Positions 19,551 to 27,110 of a stretch of DNA of 47,049 bases are shown piece by piece. Position 1 is the first letter of the stretch; every line of letters begins with the position of its first letter. Under the pieces are notes generated by a model. It saw only the letters and a list, made by a program, of their open reading frames with translations. It was not told where the DNA came from and ran no database searches. This DNA is from Lacibacter sp. (GTDB lineage: Bacteria > Bacteroidota > Bacteroidia > Chitinophagales > Chitinophagaceae), in assembly GCA_040081135.1 (NCBI GenBank), contig JBEBHT010000001.1, positions 1 to 47,049 of the forward strand. The letters are read 5' to 3'. The translations under genes and the position numbers were made by a program.

Positions 19551-21512
19551 ATGAAACCGTTTTATCATGTCATGGCCTTAATGGTTGTGATGCTTTTTGC
19601 CTGTCAGCTTGCCATTGCGCAGGCCGATCCCGATGCTCCAATCTCAAATTACCAGCAGGTAAACACGTATGTTAATCCTGTGTTACCTGGAGATCATCCA
19701 GATCCTACTTTGCTGAAAGTAGGAGGCGACTTTTATCATTGCGGATCTTCTTTTCATTTCAATCCCTATCTGCCGATTTATCATTCAACAGATCTTGTTC
19801 ATTGGAAAGTAATCAGCAGAGTTGTTTTTCCATCTAAAGCGGCATCGTTTGTTGCAGATCGTCCATCAGCAGGAATATGGCAGGGCGCTATTACTTATTT
19901 CTACGGTTCATACTGGATTTATTTTTCATCAGGTGGTCAATGGTTTTGCAAAGCAAATTCACCTTATGGTCCATGGAGCGATCCTGTTCAGGTAAAAACA
20001 AATTCTGTAACCGGCCCGTTAGGTTATGATAATTCTATTTTTATTGATGATGATGCTAAGCCTTATATGGTCATTAAAAATGGACAAAAAGTAAACAGGA
20101 TACAGGCAATTGGTAAAGATGGTCAGCTGACTGATACAGTTATTAATCTTGACTGGATCAACGCCAAACTGCAATACAGTTGGGCAGAAGGGCCGGTAAT
20201 GTGCAAGCGTAACGGTTGGTATTTTTATTTTCCTGCAGGTGATGTAACGGGAGGGCAATATGTTTTAAGATCACGGGAACTTACTGCCGATTCTACCAAA
20301 TGGGAAAGGCTTGGGAATTTTTTTAAACCGATTACTGATCCTGCAGTTGGGTTTCGTCGTCCCAATCATATTTCTGCACCCTTACAACTTGATGATGGAA
20401 TCTGGTGGACAATTGGACAGAGTTATGAACTATATGGAACTGATGATTGGTCTGGTAAAGGCCGCCAATCATCATTGTACCAGGTTGTATGGGAAGGAGA
20501 TCGTCCCTGGGGTATTGCACCATCAACGCAACCTGTTGTTAAACCCAATCTTCCAAAATCAGGTATAGCCTGGCGCAGTGTGCAAAGTGATGATTTTAAT
20601 AATGATTTATTAAGCCATGACTGGCATTTCATAAACAGGAAATCAGCAAACAGTTATTCACTTTCTGCAAAAAAGGGCTGGGTAAGGATTACTCCTGATA
20701 CAACGCTTCATCATCTGCTTCAAAAAGAAACGGATCAATATTATTCTGCAGTAACAAAAATTGATTTTAATGCAACAGACAATACTGCCAAAGCAGGTTT
20801 GTATCTAACAAATGGAGATCAGCGGGTGACGATCAAACTGTACAGTGGTTATAATAATGGTAAGAAAATCATCTTCAGATCCGATACAACTGTTCGCAGT
20901 ATCAGCAACTCCTTTGGTTCTGTAGTTTGGCTGAAGATTGAACGAAGCGGACATTTCATAAAAGCTTACTGCAGTTCAGATGGTAATAAATGGACTTCAG
21001 TTGGCAGCCCGGTGAATGCTGCACATCTTGATAAAACACAGCCGAATTATAATTCCTGGGTAGGAACAAGTGTAGGTCTTTTTGCAGAAGGTAAACCTGC
21101 AGATTTTGATTTCTTTATTTGCAAAGATGGATTTTCATCGATGCCCGCAGTTGGTTACAGTAATTATTTTGCTGTAAAAACTGAACAAAACGTAAATGAA
21201 AAGTTTGTTACAAACACTTCGCCTGAAGGAGGTTGGTTAATGATATCGGGTGTAGAGCTTGGAAAAAAACCGCCATCTGCAGTTGAGCTTACGCTTATGA
21301 GTTCAGTAAAAGGAATGCTGGAAATTTGGGTTGATGATTTAGCAGAAGGAAAACTCATTGCTGCTATTCCTGTTACAGCAACAGGTGCCAACAAATGGAA
21401 GGCTATTTCAAAAGCAATCAGTACAATTTCCAGTCACCACGATGTGTTTATTAAATTTCCAAAAGGAAAAGAAGGTAATATCAAAATAAAGTCGTTACGG
21501 TTTAAAAGGTAG
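19551..21512 (+). CDS. GH43 beta-xylosidase/arabinofuranosidase with C-terminal beta-sandwich and CBM6-like module
   Basis: Signal peptide; NPVLPGDHPDPT, HSTDLVHWK, DNSIFIDDD, AEGP; ConA-like domain (DDF..W); terminal HDVFIKF module. Confidence 0.9.
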   Translation: MKPFYHVMALMVVMLFACQLAIAQADPDAPISNYQQVNTYVNPVLPGDHPDPTLLKVGGDFYHCGSSFHFNPYLPIYHSTDLVHWKVISRVVFPSKAASFVADRPSAGIWQGAITYFYGSYWIYFSSGGQWFCKANSPYGPWSDPVQVKTNSVTGPLGYDNSIFIDDDAKPYMVIKNGQKVNRIQAIGKDGQLTDTVINLDWINAKLQYSWAEGPVMCKRNGWYFYFPAGDVTGGQYVLRSRELTADSTKWERLGNFFKPITDPAVGFRRPNHISAPLQLDDGIWWTIGQSYELYGTDDWSGKGRQSSLYQVVWEGDRPWGIAPSTQPVVKPNLPKSGIAWRSVQSDDFNNDLLSHDWHFINRKSANSYSLSAKKGWVRITPDTTLHHLLQKETDQYYSAVTKIDFNATDNTAKAGLYLTNGDQRVTIKLYSGYNNGKKIIFRSDTTVRSISNSFGSVVWLKIERSGHFIKAYCSSDGNKWTSVGSPVNAAHLDKTQPNYNSWVGTSVGLFAEGKPADFDFFICKDGFSSMPAVGYSNYFAVKTEQNVNEKFVTNTSPEGGWLMISGVELGKKPPSAVELTLMSSVKGMLEIWVDDLAEGKLIAAIPVTATGANKWKAISKAISTISSHHDVFIKFPKGKEGNIKIKSLRFKR

Positions 21513-21581
21513 TGTTGAAACGGAAGTAAGTGTGTTGCTGAATGAGAATACACGATTGAGAGAGATGATAAATCTTTTTTG

Positions 21582-21619
21582 AACAGAAAGAGTCGTTCAT
21601 ATAAACGGCTCTTTCTGTT
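21582..21619. terminator. Bidirectional terminator-like hairpin between the PUL and the tRNA/GIY-YIG cassette
   Basis: aacagaaagagtcgtt...aacggctctttctgtt inverted repeat between convergent transcription units. Confidence 0.75.
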
Positions 21620-21686
21620 AGTGGCCTCGCCAGGAATCCCCGCCTGCCTGAATGAATTCGTTCAGGCGGGCATTGTACTACGAGGC
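21618..21686 (-). pseudogene. Disrupted duplicate of tRNA-Arg with the central 38 nt replaced by a 32-nt palindrome
   Basis: 21618-21638 is identical to 21930-21950 (21 bp) and 21671-21686 is identical to 21989-22004 (16 bp); between them lies cccgcctgcctgaatgaattcgttcaggcggg. Confidence 0.9.
21639..21670. repeat. GC-rich palindromic element, copy 1
   Basis: cccgcctg...caggcggg outer inverted repeat; inner gcctgaatgaattcgttcaggc is a near-perfect 22-bp palindrome; related copy at 24736-24762. Confidence 0.85.
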
Positions 21687-21920
21687 TAATTTGTTTTTTA
21701 GAAATCTTCTTCTTGCGGATGATTTAAAATATTTCTCCCTTGCAATTGCTTCCTTTTCGGTTTCAAATTCTTCGAAGTAACAAATAGAGAAGGGAATGTA
21801 AGGTCTTATGGATTCAGTCATCCCGGAATTATGTTGTTCCAATCTCTTTTCAAGGTCGTGACAATGACCTTTATAAAAGTACTCATGATCTCTACTTTTC
21901 AGAACATAAGCAAAATACAT
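21678..21920 (-). CDS. Small standalone GIY-YIG endonuclease (UPF0213/Slx1-like)
   Basis: MYFAYVLKS..YFYKG..DLEKRLEQHNSG..YFEEFETEKEAIAREKYFKS carries YVY/YxG, R..QHN and E..AxxRE motifs. ATG 21920 preferred to TTG 21926. Confidence 0.9.
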   Translation of the reverse strand: MYFAYVLKSRDHEYFYKGHCHDLEKRLEQHNSGMTESIRPYIPFSICYFEEFETEKEAIAREKYFKSSARRRFLKNKLAS

Positions 21921-21933
21921 AAGCAAACATTAG

Positions 21934-22005
21934 TGGCCTCGCCAGGAATCGAACCTGGATCTGGAGCTTCGGAGGCTCTTATACTATCCATTGTACTACG
22001 AGGCC
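21934..22005 (-). tRNA. tRNA-Arg(CCG)
   Basis: Minus strand GGCCTCG-TA-GTACAATGGATAGTAT-A-AGAGC-CTCCGAA-GCTCC-AGAT-CCAGG-TTCGATT-CCTGG-CGAGGCC-A: full cloverleaf, anticodon CCG, CCA not encoded. Confidence 0.96.
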
Positions 22006-22093
22006 AGTTCAATTTGGAAATGATTTGATTTGAATATGTGCTAATGAAAAACACAATCTGGTTTCCTCCTCATCATATCTCCAAATTTCCAAA

Positions 22094-22687
22094 TCATCTA
22101 ATCAACCCACTTACATTGCTTCCGAATATTTTTACTGCAATGGCCAGCAATATTACGCCAAAAAATTTTCGTACTGCAATTAAACCAGCCGGGCCCAATG
22201 CTTTTTCAATCCGGTTGAGTGAACGGAGCACAATATATATAATCACGAGGTTAATAAAAATAGCAACGAGGATCATCCATTCATTTCTGTCTGACCGTTC
22301 AAAGGTCGCTTTTAACGACATGATAGTGGTTAATGTTCCCGATCCTGCAATTAACGGAAAAGCTATCGGAACAACTGTACCTGCTTTGGCATCTTTTTCC
22401 GGTTTAAAGAATTCAATGCCCAGCACCATTTCAAGTCCAAGAATAAAAATTACAATAGAGCCGGCAACAGCAAATGATTTTACATCAACACCCAAAATAT
22501 TCAGAAATGGTTTGCCGAGGAAAAAAAATAACACCATCAATCCGCCGGAAATAAAAGTTGCTCTGCCGGAATTGATGCCACCCATTTTTTCTTTCAGTGA
22601 AATAAGCATGGGTACAGAGCCCACAATATCAATCACCGCAAAAAGTGTAAAGCTGAGTGTCAGTAATTCTTTGAAATCGAAATCCAT
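22094..22687 (-). CDS. marC: MarC family integral membrane protein
   Basis: LFAVIDIVGSVP, FAVAGSIVIF..LEM, VPIAFPLIAGSGTLTT, KFFGVILLAIAV. Start 22687 is supported by the TACTTTTG element just upstream. Confidence 0.9.
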   Translation of the reverse strand: MDFDFKELLTLSFTLFAVIDIVGSVPMLISLKEKMGGINSGRATFISGGLMVLFFFLGKPFLNILGVDVKSFAVAGSIVIFILGLEMVLGIEFFKPEKDAKAGTVVPIAFPLIAGSGTLTTIMSLKATFERSDRNEWMILVAIFINLVIIYIVLRSLNRIEKALGPAGLIAVRKFFGVILLAIAVKIFGSNVSGLIR

Positions 22688-22702
22688 GGCAGTTGGTTTG
22701 TA

Positions 22703-22710
22703 CAAAAGTA
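22703..22710 (-). promoter_or_regulatory. Bacteroidota -7 element for marC (possibly also the tRNA cassette)
   Basis: TACTTTTG on the minus strand 15 nt upstream of ATG 22687. Confidence 0.55.
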
Positions 22711-22744
22711 AAGTTCCCACAGCAACCTTTCAGGATTTTATTCT

Positions 22745-23347
22745 TTACTTGTAAACAGGTTTGTGCTGTTCGGAAGAAGACACAATATTGGAAAGGATTT
22801 CATATTGATAAGCATCAGCTCCCTCTTTTAGTTTTATAACGCAGCCGTATTGCAGCTTAAACATATTGAAAGATTCAATCAATGCTGTGTTGGTGAGATG
22901 AGATAGAATACTCCTCATTACACCTCCATGCGATACAATGGCAGCATTTTCTTTCTTATCAGCCACCTCTTCAAAGAAATGAGTAGTGCGAGCAAACAAG
23001 TCCAGATAACTTTCACCGCCCGGTATGCGAATATTCACAAAATCATTCATCCACGGCATCACCAATTCCTGCGGAATATCATTCCACTTTTGTAATTCCC
23101 ACTCGCCACAATGAATTTCTTTCAATTCATCATGAAAAGAAATGCTGTATGATGGAAATAAATGCTGTGCCAGTTTGCTGCAGCGCTGCAGTGGACTGGC
23201 ATATACAGTTTGAATACCTGCGGGCAAATGTTGTTTGATAATTTCTGCTTCTGCATAAAAACTTTCTGTTACATCCAGATCGGCCTGCCCATAACAGGTG
23301 CCTTTTTCTGCAGCGGGTGTTGTATGACGGATCAGATAAATTTCCAT
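22745..23347 (-). CDS. cobC: Alpha-ribazole/adenosylcobalamin phosphatase (histidine phosphatase)
   Basis: LIRHT, SPLQRC, E..GEWE, PGGES, VSHGGVMR; sits next to cobS. Confidence 0.88.
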   Translation of the reverse strand: MEIYLIRHTTPAAEKGTCYGQADLDVTESFYAEAEIIKQHLPAGIQTVYASPLQRCSKLAQHLFPSYSISFHDELKEIHCGEWELQKWNDIPQELVMPWMNDFVNIRIPGGESYLDLFARTTHFFEEVADKKENAAIVSHGGVMRSILSHLTNTALIESFNMFKLQYGCVIKLKEGADAYQYEILSNIVSSSEQHKPVYK

Positions 23348-24093
23348 ACTATTATTATATTGAGATAAAATAAAAGTTCAGTTACCTGTTGAGTGGCACC
23401 CAAACAATCGCCGGTGTAGCCACCAATCCATTGATGAAAATAGCGGCGTAAGAAAAAAGTACCCAGCAAAGGAAGAATTAATACAAGCAAGATGTCTATG
23501 CGTTGAAACAAAACCAGCGGAGCCGCACCAAAGAATATTGCGGGAAGAATTTCATTTACTGTAATTGACTTTGCCAGCGGCTTTGCTTTGGCATCATCGT
23601 TCTCCCGCACATATTGGCTGGTTGCAACAACCAACACGGCACACAATCTTGAAAAACTATGTGCAGCTAAAAGCACTATCCATAGATCATACGTAGTAAT
23701 GGAAAGCAGTGAAGTATATTTCAGTAACAGTAACAGGATTGTAGCAATTACTCCGTAGGCACCAACCCGGCTGTCTTTCATAATGTCGAGAATTTTTTGT
23801 TTGGTCCAGCCGCCACCAAATCCATCACATACATCAGCAAACCCATCTTCATGAAAAGCACCTGTTATTAGTACACCGGCAATCATCGACAATAACAATG
23901 CAACAGGAATATTGAACAAATATTCAGCACCATAAAAAGTTAATGCACATAAGCCTCCAACAATCCAGCCGATCAAAGGGAAGTAACGTGTTGCCTTATT
24001 TAAATAGTCAGCATCATGCGTTACCCATTTCGGACAGGGAATCCTGGTATAAAACATCAATGCAGTAAAAAAAAGGTCTACCTGCTTTTTCAA
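23332..24093 (-). CDS. cobS: Adenosylcobinamide-GDP ribazoletransferase
   Basis: FYTRIP, TGAFHEDGFADVCDGFGG, IMKDSRVGAYG, GGYTGDCLGA. Confidence 0.96.
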   Translation of the reverse strand: MKKQVDLFFTALMFYTRIPCPKWVTHDADYLNKATRYFPLIGWIVGGLCALTFYGAEYLFNIPVALLLSMIAGVLITGAFHEDGFADVCDGFGGGWTKQKILDIMKDSRVGAYGVIATILLLLLKYTSLLSITTYDLWIVLLAAHSFSRLCAVLVVATSQYVRENDDAKAKPLAKSITVNEILPAIFFGAAPLVLFQRIDILLVLILPLLGTFFLRRYFHQWIGGYTGDCLGATQQVTELLFYLNIIIVWKFI

Positions 24094-24380
24094 TATTTGT
24101 CAATTTTTGTGCTGAAAATATTGTCTGCTGTTTTCTTACTGTGAAAACGTGTATTGATGATGAGTTCATCAGCACCTGCATCTTCTGCTGTTGTTTTTAA
24201 TTGGGCAATCAATCGCAGAATCTGTTGCATGGTTCCGTTTACCACCGTTTCAAATGGCGTAACAATATACTCTAAACCTGATTGCTGAATCACTTCAATG
24301 GCTTTGTCAACTATGCTGTAAGTTGGATCAATTACATTAATGGGTACTACCTGAATGCCTGCGTTTATTATTTTTTCCAT
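24090..24380 (-). CDS. Thiamine-binding/YkoF-like (DUF77) small protein
   Basis: IQVVP..VDKAIEVIQQSGL.Y.VTPFETVVNG ferredoxin-like signature. Confidence 0.8.
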   Translation of the reverse strand: MEKIINAGIQVVPINVIDPTYSIVDKAIEVIQQSGLEYIVTPFETVVNGTMQQILRLIAQLKTTAEDAGADELIINTRFHSKKTADNIFSTKIDKY

Positions 24381-24412
24381 AAGAGAGTAGTTCTTATTTA
24401 CAAAATCGGTAA

Positions 24413-24500
24413 TCAGGGCTAAAGCCCGAAAATCTTTCTTCTATAACCCGGGCCTTAAGGCCCGGGTTAATAAAAACTGAACAGTGGGCTTTAGCCCTGA
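24413..24500. repeat. Composite REP/MITE-like palindromic element
   Basis: 15-bp terminal inverted repeats tcagggctaaagccc / gggctttagccctga enclosing a perfect 26-bp palindrome taacccgggccttaaggcccgggtta (24444-24469). Confidence 0.85.
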
Positions 24501-24519
24501 ACTATCTGAATAAAATTAT

Positions 24520-25596
24520 TTACTCCTTTCCACTAACTCCTGCACTTTCAAAACTAGCCATTTCATTTAAAAACAACACAGCACTTTGCAACAAAGGAAT
24601 TGCCAATGCAGCACCAGTGCCTTCGCCCAAGCGCATGCCCAATTGCAAGATTGGTTTTGCATTAAGATGCTCCAGCATTTTACGATGACCGTTTTCATCA
24701 GAGCAATGGGCGAAGAAAAGCAGTCCCTCTAAATCCCCGCCTGAATGATTTAATCGGGCAGGTGCCCGGCGGGGAGACTTACCCTGCTGTTGTGCATACA
24801 TCTTCTTTGCAATCAACAATGCAGCAGTGGAAATAAATCCATCAACTACTATTGCCATGTTTAATTCTGCTGCTTTCAAATAGGCACCCACCATCATAGC
24901 AATTTCAAAACCACCGACCTTGCATAAGAGTTGAAGTGCCGTGATATCGTAATGATTGAGTTCATACAAACGACTCACATCTTCTAACGTATCCAATTTG
25001 CGTTGCAGTTGTTCATCGTTTGCACCAGTTCCTCTTCCCACACATTCACTTAACGGAAGATTCAACAGATGATGCATAATGAGTGATGCAGAAGACGTAT
25101 TACCGATACCCATTTCGCCAAAGCCGATTGTATTACAACCCCCATTGAACAATGCCTGTACAATGCTTTTCCCTTTTTCAATTGCTGCATTCACTTCATC
25201 CATACTCATGGCATTGTGTTCACTGTAATCGGCAGTGCCATGATTGATCTTTTCATGTACAATCGGCAGGGAAAGATCGAAATCAAAATTCACACCTGCA
25301 TCAACCACTGTTAAACCAATGTTGTGCTGTTTGGTAAATACATTGATGGCAGCACCACCATTTACAAAATTCAACACCATTTGTGCAGTTACCGCTTGCG
25401 GATAATGGTTAACTTTTCCTGTGGCAGCAATTCCATGATCACCTGCAAATACAACGATATGAGGGTTTGAAATTGTTGGAGATAAACTGTTTTGAATTGT
25501 ACCAATCTTCAATGCCAGTTCTTCCAGCATACCTAACGAACCAAGCGGTTTGGTTTTGTTGTTGATCTTTTGTTGTAGTTGCTCTTCGAGTGTCAT
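24520..25596 (-). CDS. cobT: Nicotinate-nucleotide:dimethylbenzimidazole phosphoribosyltransferase, with an in-frame repeat insertion
   Basis: KTKPLGSLG.LE, FAGDHG, GGAAIN, GEMGIGNTS, GGFEIA, VDGFIS, LGMRLGEGTGA. Start at ATG 25596 overlaps the upstream stop. Confidence 0.96.
   Translation of the reverse strand: MTLEEQLQQKINNKTKPLGSLGMLEELALKIGTIQNSLSPTISNPHIVVFAGDHGIAATGKVNHYPQAVTAQMVLNFVNGGAAINVFTKQHNIGLTVVDAGVNFDFDLSLPIVHEKINHGTADYSEHNAMSMDEVNAAIEKGKSIVQALFNGGCNTIGFGEMGIGNTSSASLIMHHLLNLPLSECVGRGTGANDEQLQRKLDTLEDVSRLYELNHYDITALQLLCKVGGFEIAMMVGAYLKAAELNMAIVVDGFISTAALLIAKKMYAQQQGKSPRRAPARLNHSGGDLEGLLFFAHCSDENGHRKMLEHLNAKPILQLGMRLGEGTGAALAIPLLQSAVLFLNEMASFESAGVSGKE
24722..24780. repeat. Nested palindromic repeats inside cobT (host repeat plus palindromic element copy 2 at 24736-24762)
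   Basis: agtccctctaaatc[cccgcctgaatgatttaatcgggcagg]tgcccggcggggagactt; a GC-rich patch in an AT-rich gene, encoding KSPRRAPARLNHSGGDLEG. Confidence 0.8.
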
Positions 25597-26318
25597 GTGT
25601 TGTTTGTTTGTAAGAGAAGATCGCAAAACCAGAAACCTTTTGTTCCCACTTCTTTAATTGGTGTAGGGTGATCAGTGGTTTTAATTTCAAGTGCTTTGTA
25701 GGTTTTTTCACCGGTTGCAATTTGTATCGGATAGTTAAAGACGGGGCCATTGAAACAGAAGGAATGAAACTCTCCATTCTCACCACAAGGATCTACTGTT
25801 AATGTAAGATCATTGATAAACTGCTGATCAATTGTTCTGCCCACCCAGCTTTCATTGAGATAACCATCATTGATGCAACAGAGAACAGATTGAAAACCTT
25901 TCGACACAAAATCGTTGATCATCCATCGTGTATCTGTTTTCCAGATGGGGAATACACATTGCATATCCAATGCATTCATTTTTTCTTCACGGTAGGCACG
26001 GAGGTCTTCTAAAAATAAATCACCATACATAACCGTATTGATGCCTTCTGCTTTTGCCTGCAGTAAAATTGTTTGCATCTGTTGTTCATATTCTGCATTA
26101 CTTGCTTCGTACACGTATGCTTTTAATAAAGGAATACCGATAGAAACTGCCTGTGCTTCAATCAACTCTTCCCTTACACCATGCATGGATAAGCGTTTGT
26201 AATGGCCGTTGAAGGTGCTGAGTAAATATTTTACATCGTACTCGCCTTCCTGCAATACTTTATGCAACGCATAGCTGCTGTCTTTTCCTCCGCTCCAACA
26301 AAAGATGGCTGGTATCAT
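25593..26318 (-). CDS. DUF71/diphthine-ammonia-ligase-like PP-loop ATPase
   Basis: WSGGKDS, MHGVR..L..QA..IGIPL, GDLFLEDLR.YRE, DPCGENGEFHSF. Confidence 0.9.
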   Translation of the reverse strand: MIPAIFCWSGGKDSSYALHKVLQEGEYDVKYLLSTFNGHYKRLSMHGVREELIEAQAVSIGIPLLKAYVYEASNAEYEQQMQTILLQAKAEGINTVMYGDLFLEDLRAYREEKMNALDMQCVFPIWKTDTRWMINDFVSKGFQSVLCCINDGYLNESWVGRTIDQQFINDLTLTVDPCGENGEFHSFCFNGPVFNYPIQIATGEKTYKALEIKTTDHPTPIKEVGTKGFWFCDLLLQTNNT

Positions 26319-26371
26319 TGTGAATAGTCAATAGTCAATTAAATTTTGGGGCATAAACTACAAACACATAC

Positions 26372-26899
26372 TTATTTAATTTTCATTGCAATTCCGCTAA
26401 CCATCAGCACCACTTCGTTTGTTTTAGCTGCAATGTATTGATTGGCCCAGCCTTGCAGATCAGTAAACTTGCGGCCAATTTCTGTATCGGCATGTATACC
26501 CATTCCAATTTCATTGCTGATAATGATAAAGGTGCCAGGCTTTACAGCGAGTGTATCAATCTCTTTCTTCAATAATTCCAATGAGGCATCAATATCGTTT
26601 TTTGTATCCACAAAAAAGTTGGTGAGCCAGAGGGTAACACAATCAATAATCACTACACGATTGTTAATGGGTAATGCACTTACATTCCGTTGTTCTTCCA
26701 TATTCGTCCAGCGTTCATCCCGTTCGTTTTGATGACGCTTTACCCGTTTCTCAAAATCATCATCCCACACCTTAGCCGTTGCTACATACACAGGGTTGTT
26801 GCTGAGCGATAAAGCCAGCTCCTGGGCATAACGGCTCTTGCCGCTTCTTGCACCACCGGTAATAAAAATAAGTTGTGTACAATTGTCAGCGATGAACAT
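26372..26899 (-). CDS. cobU: Bifunctional adenosylcobinamide kinase / cobinamide-phosphate guanylyltransferase
   Basis: ITGGARSGKSRYA, YVATA, DCVTLWLTN, SNEIGMG, GRKFTDLQGWANQ. ATG 26899 is the likely start. Confidence 0.95.
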   Translation of the reverse strand: MFIADNCTQLIFITGGARSGKSRYAQELALSLSNNPVYVATAKVWDDDFEKRVKRHQNERDERWTNMEEQRNVSALPINNRVVIIDCVTLWLTNFFVDTKNDIDASLELLKKEIDTLAVKPGTFIIISNEIGMGIHADTEIGRKFTDLQGWANQYIAAKTNEVVLMVSGIAMKIK

Positions 26900-27110
26900 A
26901 GAATATTTTTTGTTCACGGAAAAGAAAATAACGTTGCTGTAACTGCTGTAAACAATTACGGCATAAACACTCACTGTAATTACTGCTGATGAAGGCTTCT
27001 TCTTCCACCGTTAATTCAATACCGTAACATTGGCAATTGGTGATATCGTTCACTTTGCATTCAAAGCCTCCGCCACAGCGGGGACAGTTTTTCTGTTCAT
27101 GTTTACACAT
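26886..27110 (-). CDS. Cysteine-rich CWC-family small protein
   Basis: CPRCGGGFEC..CQC..CLCRNCL. ATG 27110 overlaps the upstream stop. Confidence 0.85.
   Translation of the reverse strand: MCKHEQKNCPRCGGGFECKVNDITNCQCYGIELTVEEEAFISSNYSECLCRNCLQQLQQRYFLFREQKIFYVHR

Noticed and set aside
326..21394. Numerous 60-140 aa alternative-frame ORFs inside PUL genes
   Set aside because: All are nested in long, well-supported genes and lack motifs or initiation signals.
120..21638. PUL as a tRNA-integrated genomic island bounded by the duplicated tRNA 3' end
   Set aside because: The duplication spans only the 312-bp GIY-YIG unit. I saw no matching att copy at the left edge and no integrase in the window.
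21618..21686. Second functional tRNA or intron-containing tRNA
   Set aside because: The anticodon arm and 5' T stem are deleted, not merely interrupted, so splicing could not restore a tRNA.
21618..22005. CRISPR array
   Set aside because: Only two repeat copies, both tRNA-derived; no spacer series and no cas genes.
21831..22028. 65-aa plus-strand ORF
   Set aside because: Antisense to the tRNA and GIY-YIG gene; the peptide is the tRNA read backwards.
22038..22754. 238-aa plus-strand ORF
   Set aside because: Antisense shadow of marC with no recognisable motifs.
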